DNA from: an uncultured Christensenellaceae bacterium
GTDB taxonomy: Bacteria; Bacillota; Clostridia; Christensenellales; UBA3700
Assembly (NCBI GenBank): GCA_944381325.1
Contig: CALWKS010000003.1
Coordinates: forward strand, 198,296-262,295
DNA: 64,000 nucleotides
Direction of reading: 5' to 3'
The stretch's first letter is position 1. Each line of letters begins with the position of its first letter. Below the pieces are notes generated by a model, which was not told the DNA's origin, made no database searches, and worked only from the letters and a program-made list of their open reading frames with translations. Shown here piece after piece: positions 13,633-22,161 of the stretch. The position numbers and the translations under genes are program-made.

Positions 13633-13765
13633 ATACACGCAAAAATATTGTTTCCCCTTATGCTATCCCCTCCGACAAAAAGTTTCGTCCTAACTCAACT
13701 TTTTGCAAGGTACTTTTCGCAAAAAGCGTCGTTTTTGTGAAAAGAGATATGATTCAAGTGATTTT
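13631..13765 (+). repeat. structured intergenic repeat, copy 1
   Basis: About 135 nt, direct repeat of 13830..13967. Contains overlapping hairpins, including a 13-bp stem at 13713..13744. Confidence 0.8.
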
Positions 13766-13829
13766 AGCGTGGCTATCTTTCTCAAAGGACTGCGTAATTT
13801 TATCGCTTAATCAAAGTAAAAATTACTTC

Positions 13830-13967
13830 TCATACGCGATCAAATTACGTTATCCCTTACGATATCCCTTCCATACAAAAAGTTTCGCCTTAACTCAACT
13901 TTTTGCAAGGTACTTTTCACAAAAAACGTGGTTTTTGTGAAAAGAGATATAATTTAAATGTAATTTT
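13830..13967 (+). repeat. structured intergenic repeat, copy 2
   Basis: The core 13881..13950 is about 90% identical to 13681..13750 at an exact 200-nt offset. Perfect 13-bp stem at 13913..13944. Confidence 0.8.
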
Positions 13968-14057
13968 TCAGAAAATATAATATTTGTTTTCTTGTATTGA
14001 ATTCAGCTGTGATTGATATCGGTTTCCAAATTTTTTTAACGCCATAAGCTGATATAT

Positions 14058-14085
14058 AAAAAACGCGGCAAGTGTTATTTGCCGC
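14058..14085 (-). terminator. rho-independent terminator after the 14132-18701 operon
   Basis: Stem GCGGCAA / TTGCCGC. The A-run on plus gives a U-tail on minus, about 45 nt past the stop at 14132. Confidence 0.75.
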
Positions 14086-14131
14086 ATTGGTTGATTGCTT
14101 TAAAAAACTTATTGATTATCTGTTCTGCTTT

Positions 14132-14596
14132 TCACAACAGGTATTCTCTGAGCTTTAGCCATTCTTCCTCTTTCCATCCTCCCGCATTGGCAGGCGAAGT
14201 GGACGGAAGGCAGACAAAATCTATGTCAGGGAAAGCCTTTTTTGCAACAGCATAAGATTTTTTACCATTGCAGAAAACTGCTTTAATATTCGTCTCTGAA
14301 AGTACCTTTTTTATATCGTTAGGCACGACGTTCTTTATATCGCTGTCAAGCGAGCCTTCTCTGTCGCAAGAATATATGCTGTCCATGAGCGCAATGTTGT
14401 TTTCAAGCAAAAAAGCGCGCTTGCCTTCAATAGTATCAGGCACGGTTTTGCCTGTTATTTTGCCGAGCGTATTCCAGAATCTGTTCCTCGGGTGCATATA
14501 ATAAAATCCCTGTTTCAGGGATTCGACCGAAGCCATACTCCCCAAAATAAGGATTTTGCTGTTTTCATCGTATATCGGCTTAAAGCTGTATATCAT
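14132..14596 (-). CDS. DNA-deoxyinosine (hypoxanthine) glycosylase, UDG superfamily
   Basis: 154 aa. ILILGSMAS, HPRNRFW and LPSTSPAN motifs match the small hypoxanthine-DNA glycosylase branch of the UDG fold. Confidence 0.72.
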   Translation of the reverse strand: MIYSFKPIYDENSKILILGSMASVESLKQGFYYMHPRNRFWNTLGKITGKTVPDTIEGKRAFLLENNIALMDSIYSCDREGSLDSDIKNVVPNDIKKVLSETNIKAVFCNGKKSYAVAKKAFPDIDFVCLPSTSPANAGGWKEEEWLKLREYLL

Positions 14597-15417
14597 TTTA
14601 TAAAAATGTGCGTGCTGGGCGCGCTTCCAGACAAAATGTCGTTTATTGCATACTTCGGGCTGGCGATATAAACTTCAGTGCCGTTCTCAAGCGGAGCTTT
14701 GATATATTCCAGCTTTGCATATGCGCCGTTCGCGCCCTCTCTGCTGCTGCCTACGCATACTTTCTGATATTCGCATACAGCGTCTATCGTCTCGTAAGCG
14801 TCCTTTCCGCAGATTTCAGGAATAAGCGTTGCGGAGTCGCCCGGAACGCTGTAAATGCCGTCTGTAGACGTGAATATAAGCAATGTCTTGCACTTGACCA
14901 GGCAAGCTATCTGAGACGCCGTTTCATCGTTGTCTGCGCAGTGTACGACGTGCTTTCTGCTCTTCATAAGGTTCTGAAGCTCAGTCTTGACTATTTCTTC
15001 GCTGGACAGAGGGTCATTGTAGTTTATTATAGGTATCGCGCCCTGAGCAGGACAACGGAGCAACAGATTCTTAAGATATTCGCGCTTTGCGTCGTCGTTA
15101 AAATGCTGATGCTCTACGAGGATCTGTCTGAGACCGTATTTGGGGTCGATAAACTGACGGTAGTTGGACATCAGTATAGCCTGCCCCTGCGCGGCGTAGT
15201 CAGTCTTTACGTCTTCGTAAGGACCGATAAGTTCTCTGCCCGTACGTCTGATATAATCCAGTCTGCCTATTTCTGTAGCGCCGCTTGTAACCCATATATA
15301 TCCGGGGCGAAGCTGACGGCTTATTTTAGCCATTACGTTATAATCGATGTCTCCCCATTTCTTGTTTACGAGAGCCATTGAGCCGACTTTTCCGACAAGT
15401 TCTATATCGAAAGTCAT
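14593..15417 (-). CDS. amino-acid-kinase family protein (glutamate-5-kinase-like)
   Basis: ORF trimmed to MTFDIELVGKVGS (ATGA overlap with the upstream stop). ProB-like blocks: VGKVGSMALV, VTSGATEIG, IPIINYNDP, DNDETAS, FTSTDGIYS. Confidence 0.68.
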   Translation of the reverse strand: MTFDIELVGKVGSMALVNKKWGDIDYNVMAKISRQLRPGYIWVTSGATEIGRLDYIRRTGRELIGPYEDVKTDYAAQGQAILMSNYRQFIDPKYGLRQILVEHQHFNDDAKREYLKNLLLRCPAQGAIPIINYNDPLSSEEIVKTELQNLMKSRKHVVHCADNDETASQIACLVKCKTLLIFTSTDGIYSVPGDSATLIPEICGKDAYETIDAVCEYQKVCVGSSREGANGAYAKLEYIKAPLENGTEVYIASPKYAINDILSGSAPSTHIFIK

Positions 15418-15917
15418 TTTGCCATCTCCTTTAACCATTCTTTGGTACGGTTGCATACCACGTCGTATCTGTTCACGTGATCAAGAAGCAGATCCGCTCC
15501 TTTGCGGATAAGCTTCCATGTCTCCGTAAGTTGTTTTTTTGTCTGTCCCATCGCTTTAGCGAACGTATCTTCGTGAAGTCTGTCCGCCGCTTTGGTAAGC
15601 GCACAGTCGATAAGGACGATATAACAGTCAGTCTGAAGCGCGCAAAGCGTAGAATCGGTAATCAGATTCGCACTCAGCGCTATTACCGAATTTTCGCAAT
15701 CCGCAAGCGCGTTCACCGTATCGTCGGCTTTTGACTGCGCAAACTGTCTGCTTGTAAGTTTTACAAGTTCGGCAGGCTTTTTCCCTGCAGAAAAATAGTC
15801 AAAAATACCCATTGAGCAAGCAAAGGTCATATCAAGGTCCTTTGCAAGCCTTTCAGCCGCTCTGCGGCACAGTTTATAATCCGACGCGACCAGCGCTATG
15901 TTATTCTTGAACGACAT
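15414..15917 (-). CDS. hypothetical protein, shikimate/nucleoside-monophosphate-kinase-like fold lacking Walker A
   Basis: 167 aa. NIALVASDYKLCRRAAERLAKDLDMTF aligns by eye to the beta1/P-loop/helix1 of shikimate kinases, but GxxGxGK[ST] is replaced by ASDYKLC. Overlaps both neighbours. Confidence 0.5.
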   Translation of the reverse strand: MSFKNNIALVASDYKLCRRAAERLAKDLDMTFACSMGIFDYFSAGKKPAELVKLTSRQFAQSKADDTVNALADCENSVIALSANLITDSTLCALQTDCYIVLIDCALTKAADRLHEDTFAKAMGQTKKQLTETWKLIRKGADLLLDHVNRYDVVCNRTKEWLKEMAK

Positions 15918-17112
15918 ACGCGCCGCGCTTGATGCAGATAGCGAACAACTGCTCGCCGTTAGTTATAACGGCGGTAACTTTTAATTCGCCGTAATTCTTG
16001 TCAGCAGCTTCAGACGCGGTGATATTGATGCCGCCGTTAGCGCCGATCGTAACAGTAATGTCTCCGTCGCTTGCCGTTATGTAGATCTGTCTGAATCCGT
16101 TATAATCTGCGTCAGGAACGGCATCGGTATAGCCGTCAAGTCTTGCCAACAAGTCGGGATTGGGGTGGGTATAACTTTCATTGGGCTCTTCTCTCGTTCC
16201 GCTTGTTGATATAATCGCAAACTCAGAATCTATCTTATCGAGGAAAGCCTGTGTGGTAGAACTCTTTGAGCCGTGGTGTCCAACCTTCAGAATGTCTGTG
16301 TCGACATTATCGAGATAACCTTTTGACAGCACGTATTCTTCAGTCATCTCGTTTGCATCGCCTGTAAGAACTATTGTTCTGTCAGCATATTCGAGAAGGC
16401 ATATCGGAGAAACCGCGTTTATCTTTTCGGCGTTTGTTCCCGTAGGATAATCGGCTTCGTCGAAAGAATAGCATTTCATCTCCCAGTTCTCACCGCTGAT
16501 AGAATAAGCACCGACATTATAATTGTACGCGGCATCTACCTTGTTGCCGTTCTCGTCGGTGTAAGTTTCAGCCTTAGCCGCATCGATAAGCTTAAGCCAT
16601 GTATTGCTGTCCTGCGCCTTATCGAGAGGCATATAGACAGACTTTATTTCATAATTGTCAAGCAGCTTTTTAGCTTCTCTGATATGGTCGTAGTCTCCAT
16701 GCGTGATAAAAAGATAATCGATCTGAGAGACGTTCTTCTCCTGCAGAAATTCATTGGCGGTATTCCAGGGAGAAGTTGTGCCGAATTCACTGCCTATATC
16801 CATGATCATATTCTTTCCGTCGGGGAAAGCGATATAAATGCAGTCTCCCTGCCCTATATCAAGCACGGTCATCTGAAGCGTATCTCCCTCTACGTAAGGA
16901 TTATCGGCCTGACCGCCGCTACCGGATCCTCCTGAAGGATTGCCGGGTTCTTCCTTGTGTATAAACGAAGCAAGAATATTATTGATCACGTCGGGTCTGA
17001 AATACCACAGCGCGACTAGCGCCGCAACTATCACCAGCACCAGAACGACAAGAAAAATAATCTTGCCTTTAGACATTTTCTTTTTGCGTTTTGCCGCTCT
17101 CGATTTAGCCAT
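15901..17112 (-). CDS. membrane-anchored ComEC/Rec2-type metallo-beta-lactamase domain protein
   Basis: Basic N-terminus, one TM helix and a Gly/Ser linker. MBL motifs LDIGQGD, ITHGDYDHI, GDAN, KVGHHGSKSS. Confidence 0.8.
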   Translation of the reverse strand: MAKSRAAKRKKKMSKGKIIFLVVLVLVIVAALVALWYFRPDVINNILASFIHKEEPGNPSGGSGSGGQADNPYVEGDTLQMTVLDIGQGDCIYIAFPDGKNMIMDIGSEFGTTSPWNTANEFLQEKNVSQIDYLFITHGDYDHIREAKKLLDNYEIKSVYMPLDKAQDSNTWLKLIDAAKAETYTDENGNKVDAAYNYNVGAYSISGENWEMKCYSFDEADYPTGTNAEKINAVSPICLLEYADRTIVLTGDANEMTEEYVLSKGYLDNVDTDILKVGHHGSKSSTTQAFLDKIDSEFAIISTSGTREEPNESYTHPNPDLLARLDGYTDAVPDADYNGFRQIYITASDGDITVTIGANGGINITASEAADKNYGELKVTAVITNGEQLFAICIKRGAYVVQE

Positions 17113-17114
17113 TG

Positions 17115-18701
17115 TCAGTCCTCCTCGGCAAAATATTCAATCACCTTTTTCTTCTTTTCGGGCTTATTGTCTCCGTGTTTTGTAAAGAGCATCGTGAAGA
17201 ATGCCACCGCGATACAGCATACGCCGTAAACGAAAATCATGCTTTCGCCTCCTTCGGGAACAGCGTCAAGGATAAGACCTGCAAAGAAGGGGGTAACCGC
17301 CTGAGCCGTCATCGACGCGACGTAATAATAGCCTGTATATTGCCCCACGTTGCTTCCCTTTGCAAGTTCTGTAACCATAGGAAGCGTATTGACGTTTATG
17401 ATAACGAGACCGAATCCTGCAAGCAGGAAGCAAGCCGTAAACGCTACTTTAAGAAGCACTGCGTTGCTGTTGAAACTGCCGTCGTTGAGGAATATGCACG
17501 GGAAGAACGCCGCAACCGCGATCACAACGCCGATAAGTATCGTCTTTTTCCTGCCCAGCTTTCCTGCCATAAGCGCAACGGGAAGAAGCGCTATAGCACC
17601 GCCTGCGCCGTTCAAAATATTGATTATTCCTACAAAGCTGTCTTCCATCTTAAGCACATTTGTGGCATAAGTCGAAAGGTGCGACTTGATCGCGTTCCAA
17701 CCCATAAACCACATAAATACCGTGCCGAGAATAAGAACGAAAGAAATGATTTTTTCTTTGGGGAGTCTTGAATAAGTGGCAACCTCTTCTTCGTCAACCA
17801 CGTTCCATTTCTTTTCTTCAAGCATTCTCTCCTCTACAAAACGCTTTTCTCTTACCGTGCATAGATATGCTATAAGCATTACTATCATAACTCCTGCGAG
17901 AGTAAAGAACAGCGCGAGATGAGACTGATATCTTTCTTTTGCCAGCAAAGTATAAAGAATAATGGAAGCAAGACCGCCTGCGCCGCCCATAAACGTGATT
18001 ATCGCATTCGCCTGAGAACGCAAAGGCTTGGGCGTAACGTCAGGCATGAGCGCGATCGCCGGAGATCTGAAAGAAGACATCGAAACAAGCACGCCGAGAA
18101 GCGCTATGATAAAGAATATGAAAACCGTGGGCTGAGTCTTCGTAACGCTTACCGCAAGAGATTCCTGTGCCGAATAGAAAGACGTAAGGAATGCGTTGAA
18201 AGACTTAAGCTGCGCTCCCTCGAGGATATCGCTTGCCTTATCTATACCACCAGCCGCTGTAACCTGCGCCCAGAGTTCCTGAATTTCTGCCGTCCAAGCG
18301 TCAGAACTCAAGAATCCTTTGTCTACGAGGACCTGCGGATCTGTAATGCTCGCGGCAATAACGTTCTGATACTGCACGTTTTCAATGATTATCATTATAA
18401 CCATAAATACGACAGCCGCCAGAGTTCCTATTACGATAAACGTAGTACGTCTGCCGTACTTCGCCTTGGTATATTTGTCTGAAAGATGCCCGAAAAACGG
18501 CAAAAGGAAAATCGCAAGCAGGTTGTCAAGACCCATTACGAGACCGTACTGCGTGGCGTTGAGACCGAACATACGGTTGAGTATAAGCGGCATAATATAA
18601 TCGTAAACTTCCCAGAAGCACATTATGCCCATAAAAGCAAAGCCCACGCAAAGCGTGCGTTTCACATTGAGCGACATTACAGAGTCGTCTTTTTTTCTCA
18701 T
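17115..18701 (-). CDS. MFS transporter (glycoside-pentoside-hexuronide / SLC45-like)
   Basis: 12-TM-like profile. LPFFGHLSDKYTKAKYGRR loop motif. Large soluble insert of about 90 aa after TM3-4. Confidence 0.8.
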   Translation of the reverse strand: MRKKDDSVMSLNVKRTLCVGFAFMGIMCFWEVYDYIMPLILNRMFGLNATQYGLVMGLDNLLAIFLLPFFGHLSDKYTKAKYGRRTTFIVIGTLAAVVFMVIMIIIENVQYQNVIAASITDPQVLVDKGFLSSDAWTAEIQELWAQVTAAGGIDKASDILEGAQLKSFNAFLTSFYSAQESLAVSVTKTQPTVFIFFIIALLGVLVSMSSFRSPAIALMPDVTPKPLRSQANAIITFMGGAGGLASIILYTLLAKERYQSHLALFFTLAGVMIVMLIAYLCTVREKRFVEERMLEEKKWNVVDEEEVATYSRLPKEKIISFVLILGTVFMWFMGWNAIKSHLSTYATNVLKMEDSFVGIINILNGAGGAIALLPVALMAGKLGRKKTILIGVVIAVAAFFPCIFLNDGSFNSNAVLLKVAFTACFLLAGFGLVIINVNTLPMVTELAKGSNVGQYTGYYYVASMTAQAVTPFFAGLILDAVPEGGESMIFVYGVCCIAVAFFTMLFTKHGDNKPEKKKKVIEYFAEED

Positions 18702-18768
18702 AAGCTCTCCTTATTATATGGTTTCTGAGTGCGCGCGTGCGCCTATATATAATAACACCCTAATTCAC

Positions 18769-18797
18769 AGTATAACAGCCTGAGGGAGATTTATCAA
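18769..18797 (-). promoter_or_regulatory. sigma-A type promoter candidate for the MFS operon (TTGATA-17-TATACT)
   Basis: On the minus strand, TTGATA (18797..18792), a 17-nt spacer, then TATACT (18774..18769). Confidence 0.55.
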
Positions 18798-19007
18798 TAA
18801 AAATAAAAAAACTTTCTGTCTGCTAGCGATACACAAAGGCCGTAAATTGCCTGAAAAGATAATTTTTTAAATAAAATCTGTGATTTTTAAACTGTTTTTT
18901 AAACCAAAATTCTTTTTTAAAAAACTTTGCAAAAAAAGCCTGTTCTGCCCTTTGCTTTTTTACGCTGAAATATATTTAAAAAACCTTAAAAATCGTCCCC
19001 TAAACGC

Positions 19008-19036
19008 TTGACAAAACCCTGCATAATTTCTATAAT
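19008..19036 (+). promoter_or_regulatory. sigma-A type promoter candidate for XRE/cupin-pot operon (TTGACA-17-TATAAT)
   Basis: TTGACA 19008..19013, 17-nt spacer, TATAAT 19031..19036. Confidence 0.75.
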
Positions 19037-19052
19037 CGTCTTGTTTACTAAA

Positions 19053-19071
19053 AATAAACTCGAAGTTTATT
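19053..19071. promoter_or_regulatory. palindromic operator candidate AATAAACT-cga-AGTTTATT
   Basis: Perfect 8-bp inverted repeat about 17 nt downstream of the -10 box, upstream of the XRE/cupin regulator gene. Confidence 0.4.
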
Positions 19072-19133
19072 ATGTCAGATTATAAATTACGTCGGGTTTA
19101 ACAATACTAAACACGTAAGAGGAGGAATCAAAG

Positions 19134-19667
19134 ATGGATATCGGCGGCAAACTAAAGGCAATGCGATTGCAATGCGGTCTTACTCAGGAAGAACTTGCCG
19201 ACCGCTGCGAACTGACCAAAGGCTACATCTCACAGCTTGAAAACAACCTCACCAGCCCGTCAATCGCAACGCTTATCGACATTCTTACGGCACTTGGCAG
19301 CAATCTGAAAAGTTTTTTCAGCGAAGACACTGAAGAACAGATCGTGTTCCGCGAAGGCGACTTCTTCGTAAAGGAAACTGACGGACAGTCGATAACCTGG
19401 CTTGTCCCCAACAGTCAGAAAAACGAAATGGAACCCATTCTGATGCGCCTTGACCCTCACACTCAGTCAACTGAAGATATGCCTCACGAGGGCGAGGAAT
19501 TCGGATATCTGCTGACAGGAAGCGCTGTGCTTCATATAGGCAAGCACACTTATCAGCTAAAACAAGGCGATTCCTTTTACTTTACGGCGCACAAAAGACA
19601 TTATGTCGAAAACACGTCTGACGTGATATGTCAGCTTCTCTGGGTAAGCAGCCCTCCGACATTCTGA
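19134..19667 (+). CDS. XRE-family HTH transcriptional regulator with C-terminal cupin domain
   Basis: N-terminal HTH (LTQEELADRCELTKGYISQLEN) plus a cupin_2-like C-terminus. SD AGGAGGA upstream. Confidence 0.85.
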   Translation: MDIGGKLKAMRLQCGLTQEELADRCELTKGYISQLENNLTSPSIATLIDILTALGSNLKSFFSEDTEEQIVFREGDFFVKETDGQSITWLVPNSQKNEMEPILMRLDPHTQSTEDMPHEGEEFGYLLTGSAVLHIGKHTYQLKQGDSFYFTAHKRHYVENTSDVICQLLWVSSPPTF

Positions 19668-19685
19668 TATACGGGAGATAAGAAT

Positions 19686-21386
19686 ATGGAAGAAAAGAAC
19701 AAGAAGAACAAAAATGATGCAGAATACATTATCGAACTCAACGGTCTTACCAAGATCTATGACGGAAAGACCGTCGTTGACCATATCAATCTCAAAGTAA
19801 GACGCGGCGAATTCGTTACTCTCCTAGGACCCAGCGGTTGCGGAAAGACGACTACTCTGCGTATGATAGCAGGCTTTGAGATCCCCGACGGCGGTTCTAT
19901 CACCCTCGAAGGAAAAGATATTGCTGGACTGCCCCCTCACAAGCGCCCCGTCAACACCGTATTCCAGAAATACGCGCTCTTCCCTCACCTCAACGTATAC
20001 AAGAACATCGCCTTCGGTCTCAAGCTCAAGAAGGTTGAGGTTACCAAGAAGAACATATTCGGCAAAGAGGTTACCAAACTCGTAAACATGGCTTATATGC
20101 CCGTCGAGCAGAAAGTAGTCAAAAAAGACGGCACCGAGATCGTTAAAACGGTACCTTTCTGCCGCTCTTATCAGATGGTGACCGTTACGACCAAAAAAGG
20201 CGTAAAGAAAATCAAAAAGATCAACATGTATAAGAAGTTTATCGACGACAAGGTAAAGCACGCGCTCAAGATCGTCGGACTTTCAGGATATGAAGACCGC
20301 GACGTAAACAGCCTTTCAGGCGGACAGCAGCAGAGAGTTGCCATCGCGCGCGCTATCGTCAACGAGCCTCAGATCCTTCTGCTGGACGAGCCTCTCGGAG
20401 CACTCGACCTCAAGATGAGACAGGAAATGCAGCTCGAACTTAAAGACATGCACAAAAAGCTCGGCATCACCTTCATTTACGTTACTCACGATCAGGAAGA
20501 AGCGCTCACCATGAGCGACACCGTAGTAGTAATGAAAGACGGCGTAATCATGCAGGAAGGCACGCCTATCGAGATATACAACGAGCCTACAAGCGCATAC
20601 GTTGCAGACTTTATCGGAGAATCCAACATTCTCGACGGCGTTATGCCCGAAGATAAAAAAGTCGTATTCGCAGGCGCTGAATTCGAATGCGTGGATACCG
20701 GCTTCGCTCCCAATGAAGAAGTAGACGTCGTGATCCGTCCCGAAGACTGGGTCATCAAGCGCGAAGGCAACGGCATCCTGAACGGAGAGATCACAGGCTG
20801 TATGTTCCGCGGCGTGCACTACGAAATGACCTGCGTCGCAGGCGGATACGAACTTATACTGCACAACACCGTAGAATACAAACCCGGCAGAAAGATAGGA
20901 CTTTATGTAGATCCCGAAAACATTCAGATAATGCATAAAGAGCATATAAACAACACCCTGCCCGTAAAATTCACTTCCAACACTTCTTTCGACATGTGCG
21001 GCGGAGTTTATGAATTCAAGCCTGCGGCTTGCTTTGACAACTGCGAGTACGACGAAGAAAACGACGTGCTAAGAATAAACGGCGAAGAAGTCGCACTCAA
21101 GGGCAAAGAAGGTAAAGTCAGCTTTGAATTCGATTCAATCGATATGACTGACGACGAATATGCCGCTCCCCTTGCAGGCAACGTCGAAAGCATGATATAC
21201 AAAGGCAAAAATTACCTCGTCGACATCAAGACCGACAACAACACCCACATTTACGCGGACACCGAATATCTGTGGGACAAGTTCGACAGAGTGGGCATCA
21301 AAGTCGAAGGCGACAAATTCCGTTTCTCAGAATGCGACTTTATGAATCCCTCTGCCGAGGAAGCGGGAGATAAGACAAATGCGTAA
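19686..21386 (+). CDS. potA: spermidine/putrescine-type ABC transporter ATPase PotA, with internal insert and C-terminal extension
   Basis: Walker [11 protein letters not shown]-loop [23 protein letters not shown], Walker [12 protein letters not shown]. 566 aa versus about 370 for typical PotA. Confidence 0.85.
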   Translation: MEEKNKKNKNDAEYIIELNGLTKIYDGKTVVDHINLKVRRGEFVTLLGPSGCGKTTTLRMIAGFEIPDGGSITLEGKDIAGLPPHKRPVNTVFQKYALFPHLNVYKNIAFGLKLKKVEVTKKNIFGKEVTKLVNMAYMPVEQKVVKKDGTEIVKTVPFCRSYQMVTVTTKKGVKKIKKINMYKKFIDDKVKHALKIVGLSGYEDRDVNSLSGGQQQRVAIARAIVNEPQILLLDEPLGALDLKMRQEMQLELKDMHKKLGITFIYVTHDQEEALTMSDTVVVMKDGVIMQEGTPIEIYNEPTSAYVADFIGESNILDGVMPEDKKVVFAGAEFECVDTGFAPNEEVDVVIRPEDWVIKREGNGILNGEITGCMFRGVHYEMTCVAGGYELILHNTVEYKPGRKIGLYVDPENIQIMHKEHINNTLPVKFTSNTSFDMCGGVYEFKPAACFDNCEYDEENDVLRINGEEVALKGKEGKVSFEFDSIDMTDDEYAAPLAGNVESMIYKGKNYLVDIKTDNNTHIYADTEYLWDKFDRVGIKVEGDKFRFSECDFMNPSAEEAGDKTNA

Positions 21387-22161
21387 TACTTTCAGAAAAA
21401 TGCTTGCAACGCCTTACGCGTTGTTTATGGCGCTTTTCATAATCCTGCCTATACTGCTTATCGCGGTATACGCATTTATCGATAAGGACGGCGCCTTTAC
21501 ACTGCTCGGCAATTTCAAGGATCTTGCCAACGAAGCCGCTCTGCCCAAAGTCGTGAAAAACTCTTTCATAGCGGGCTTTGCGACCAGTGCGATATGTCTG
21601 CTTATAGGCTACCCTATCGCTTATTACCTGACCAAGGCAGAATTCAACCGCACGGGAGTGCTCATCGGCTTGTTCCTCGTTCCTATGTGGGTCAACTTCC
21701 TGCTCAGAATGATGTCAACGAAAGCCGTATTCAACGTACTCGGTATCCCTATGGGTATGGGCACGGTAATTTACGGACTATGCTATGAGTTCCTGCCCTT
21801 TATGATAATGCCTATATATACGACGATACAGAAGATCGACAAAATGTATCTCGAAGGCGCAGAAGACCTCGGCGCGACTCCGATAAAGGCGTTCTGGAAA
21901 GTTACCGTACCGCTCTCTCTTCCCGGTGTTCTCAGCGGTCTTACGATGGTAATGATCCCCTCGATAACGACCTTTGCCGTTACCGAGATCCTCTCCAACG
22001 GTAAGCTTATGCTCCTTGGCGATTTCATTTACAGCCTTAAGGCATACAACCTGAATATGGCAAGCGCGATTTCTCTGGTACTCATGATCCTGCTTGCAAT
22101 ATCCATGCTGATAACCAACAAATTCAATAAAGACGGAGAAAAAGGAGGCGGATTATGGTAA
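21379..22161 (+). CDS. potB: spermidine/putrescine ABC transporter permease PotB
   Basis: Six-TM BPD-type permease with the EAA-like loop [21 protein letters not shown]. Overlaps the potA stop. Confidence 0.85.
   Translation: MRNTFRKMLATPYALFMALFIILPILLIAVYAFIDKDGAFTLLGNFKDLANEAALPKVVKNSFIAGFATSAICLLIGYPIAYYLTKAEFNRTGVLIGLFLVPMWVNFLLRMMSTKAVFNVLGIPMGMGTVIYGLCYEFLPFMIMPIYTTIQKIDKMYLEGAEDLGATPIKAFWKVTVPLSLPGVLSGLTMVMIPSITTFAVTEILSNGKLMLLGDFIYSLKAYNLNMASAISLVLMILLAISMLITNKFNKDGEKGGGLW

Noticed and set aside
13737-13940. 67-aa ORF spanning the gap between the two structured repeats
   Set aside because: It has no SD, starts inside hairpin C of copy 1 and ends inside copy 2. The translation is low-complexity. 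The repeats are better explained as non-coding.
14608-15381. 257-aa plus-strand ORF antisense to the amino-acid-kinase gene
   Set aside because: Shadow ORF. The minus-strand frame carries recognisable ProB-like motifs and is translationally coupled to its neighbours.
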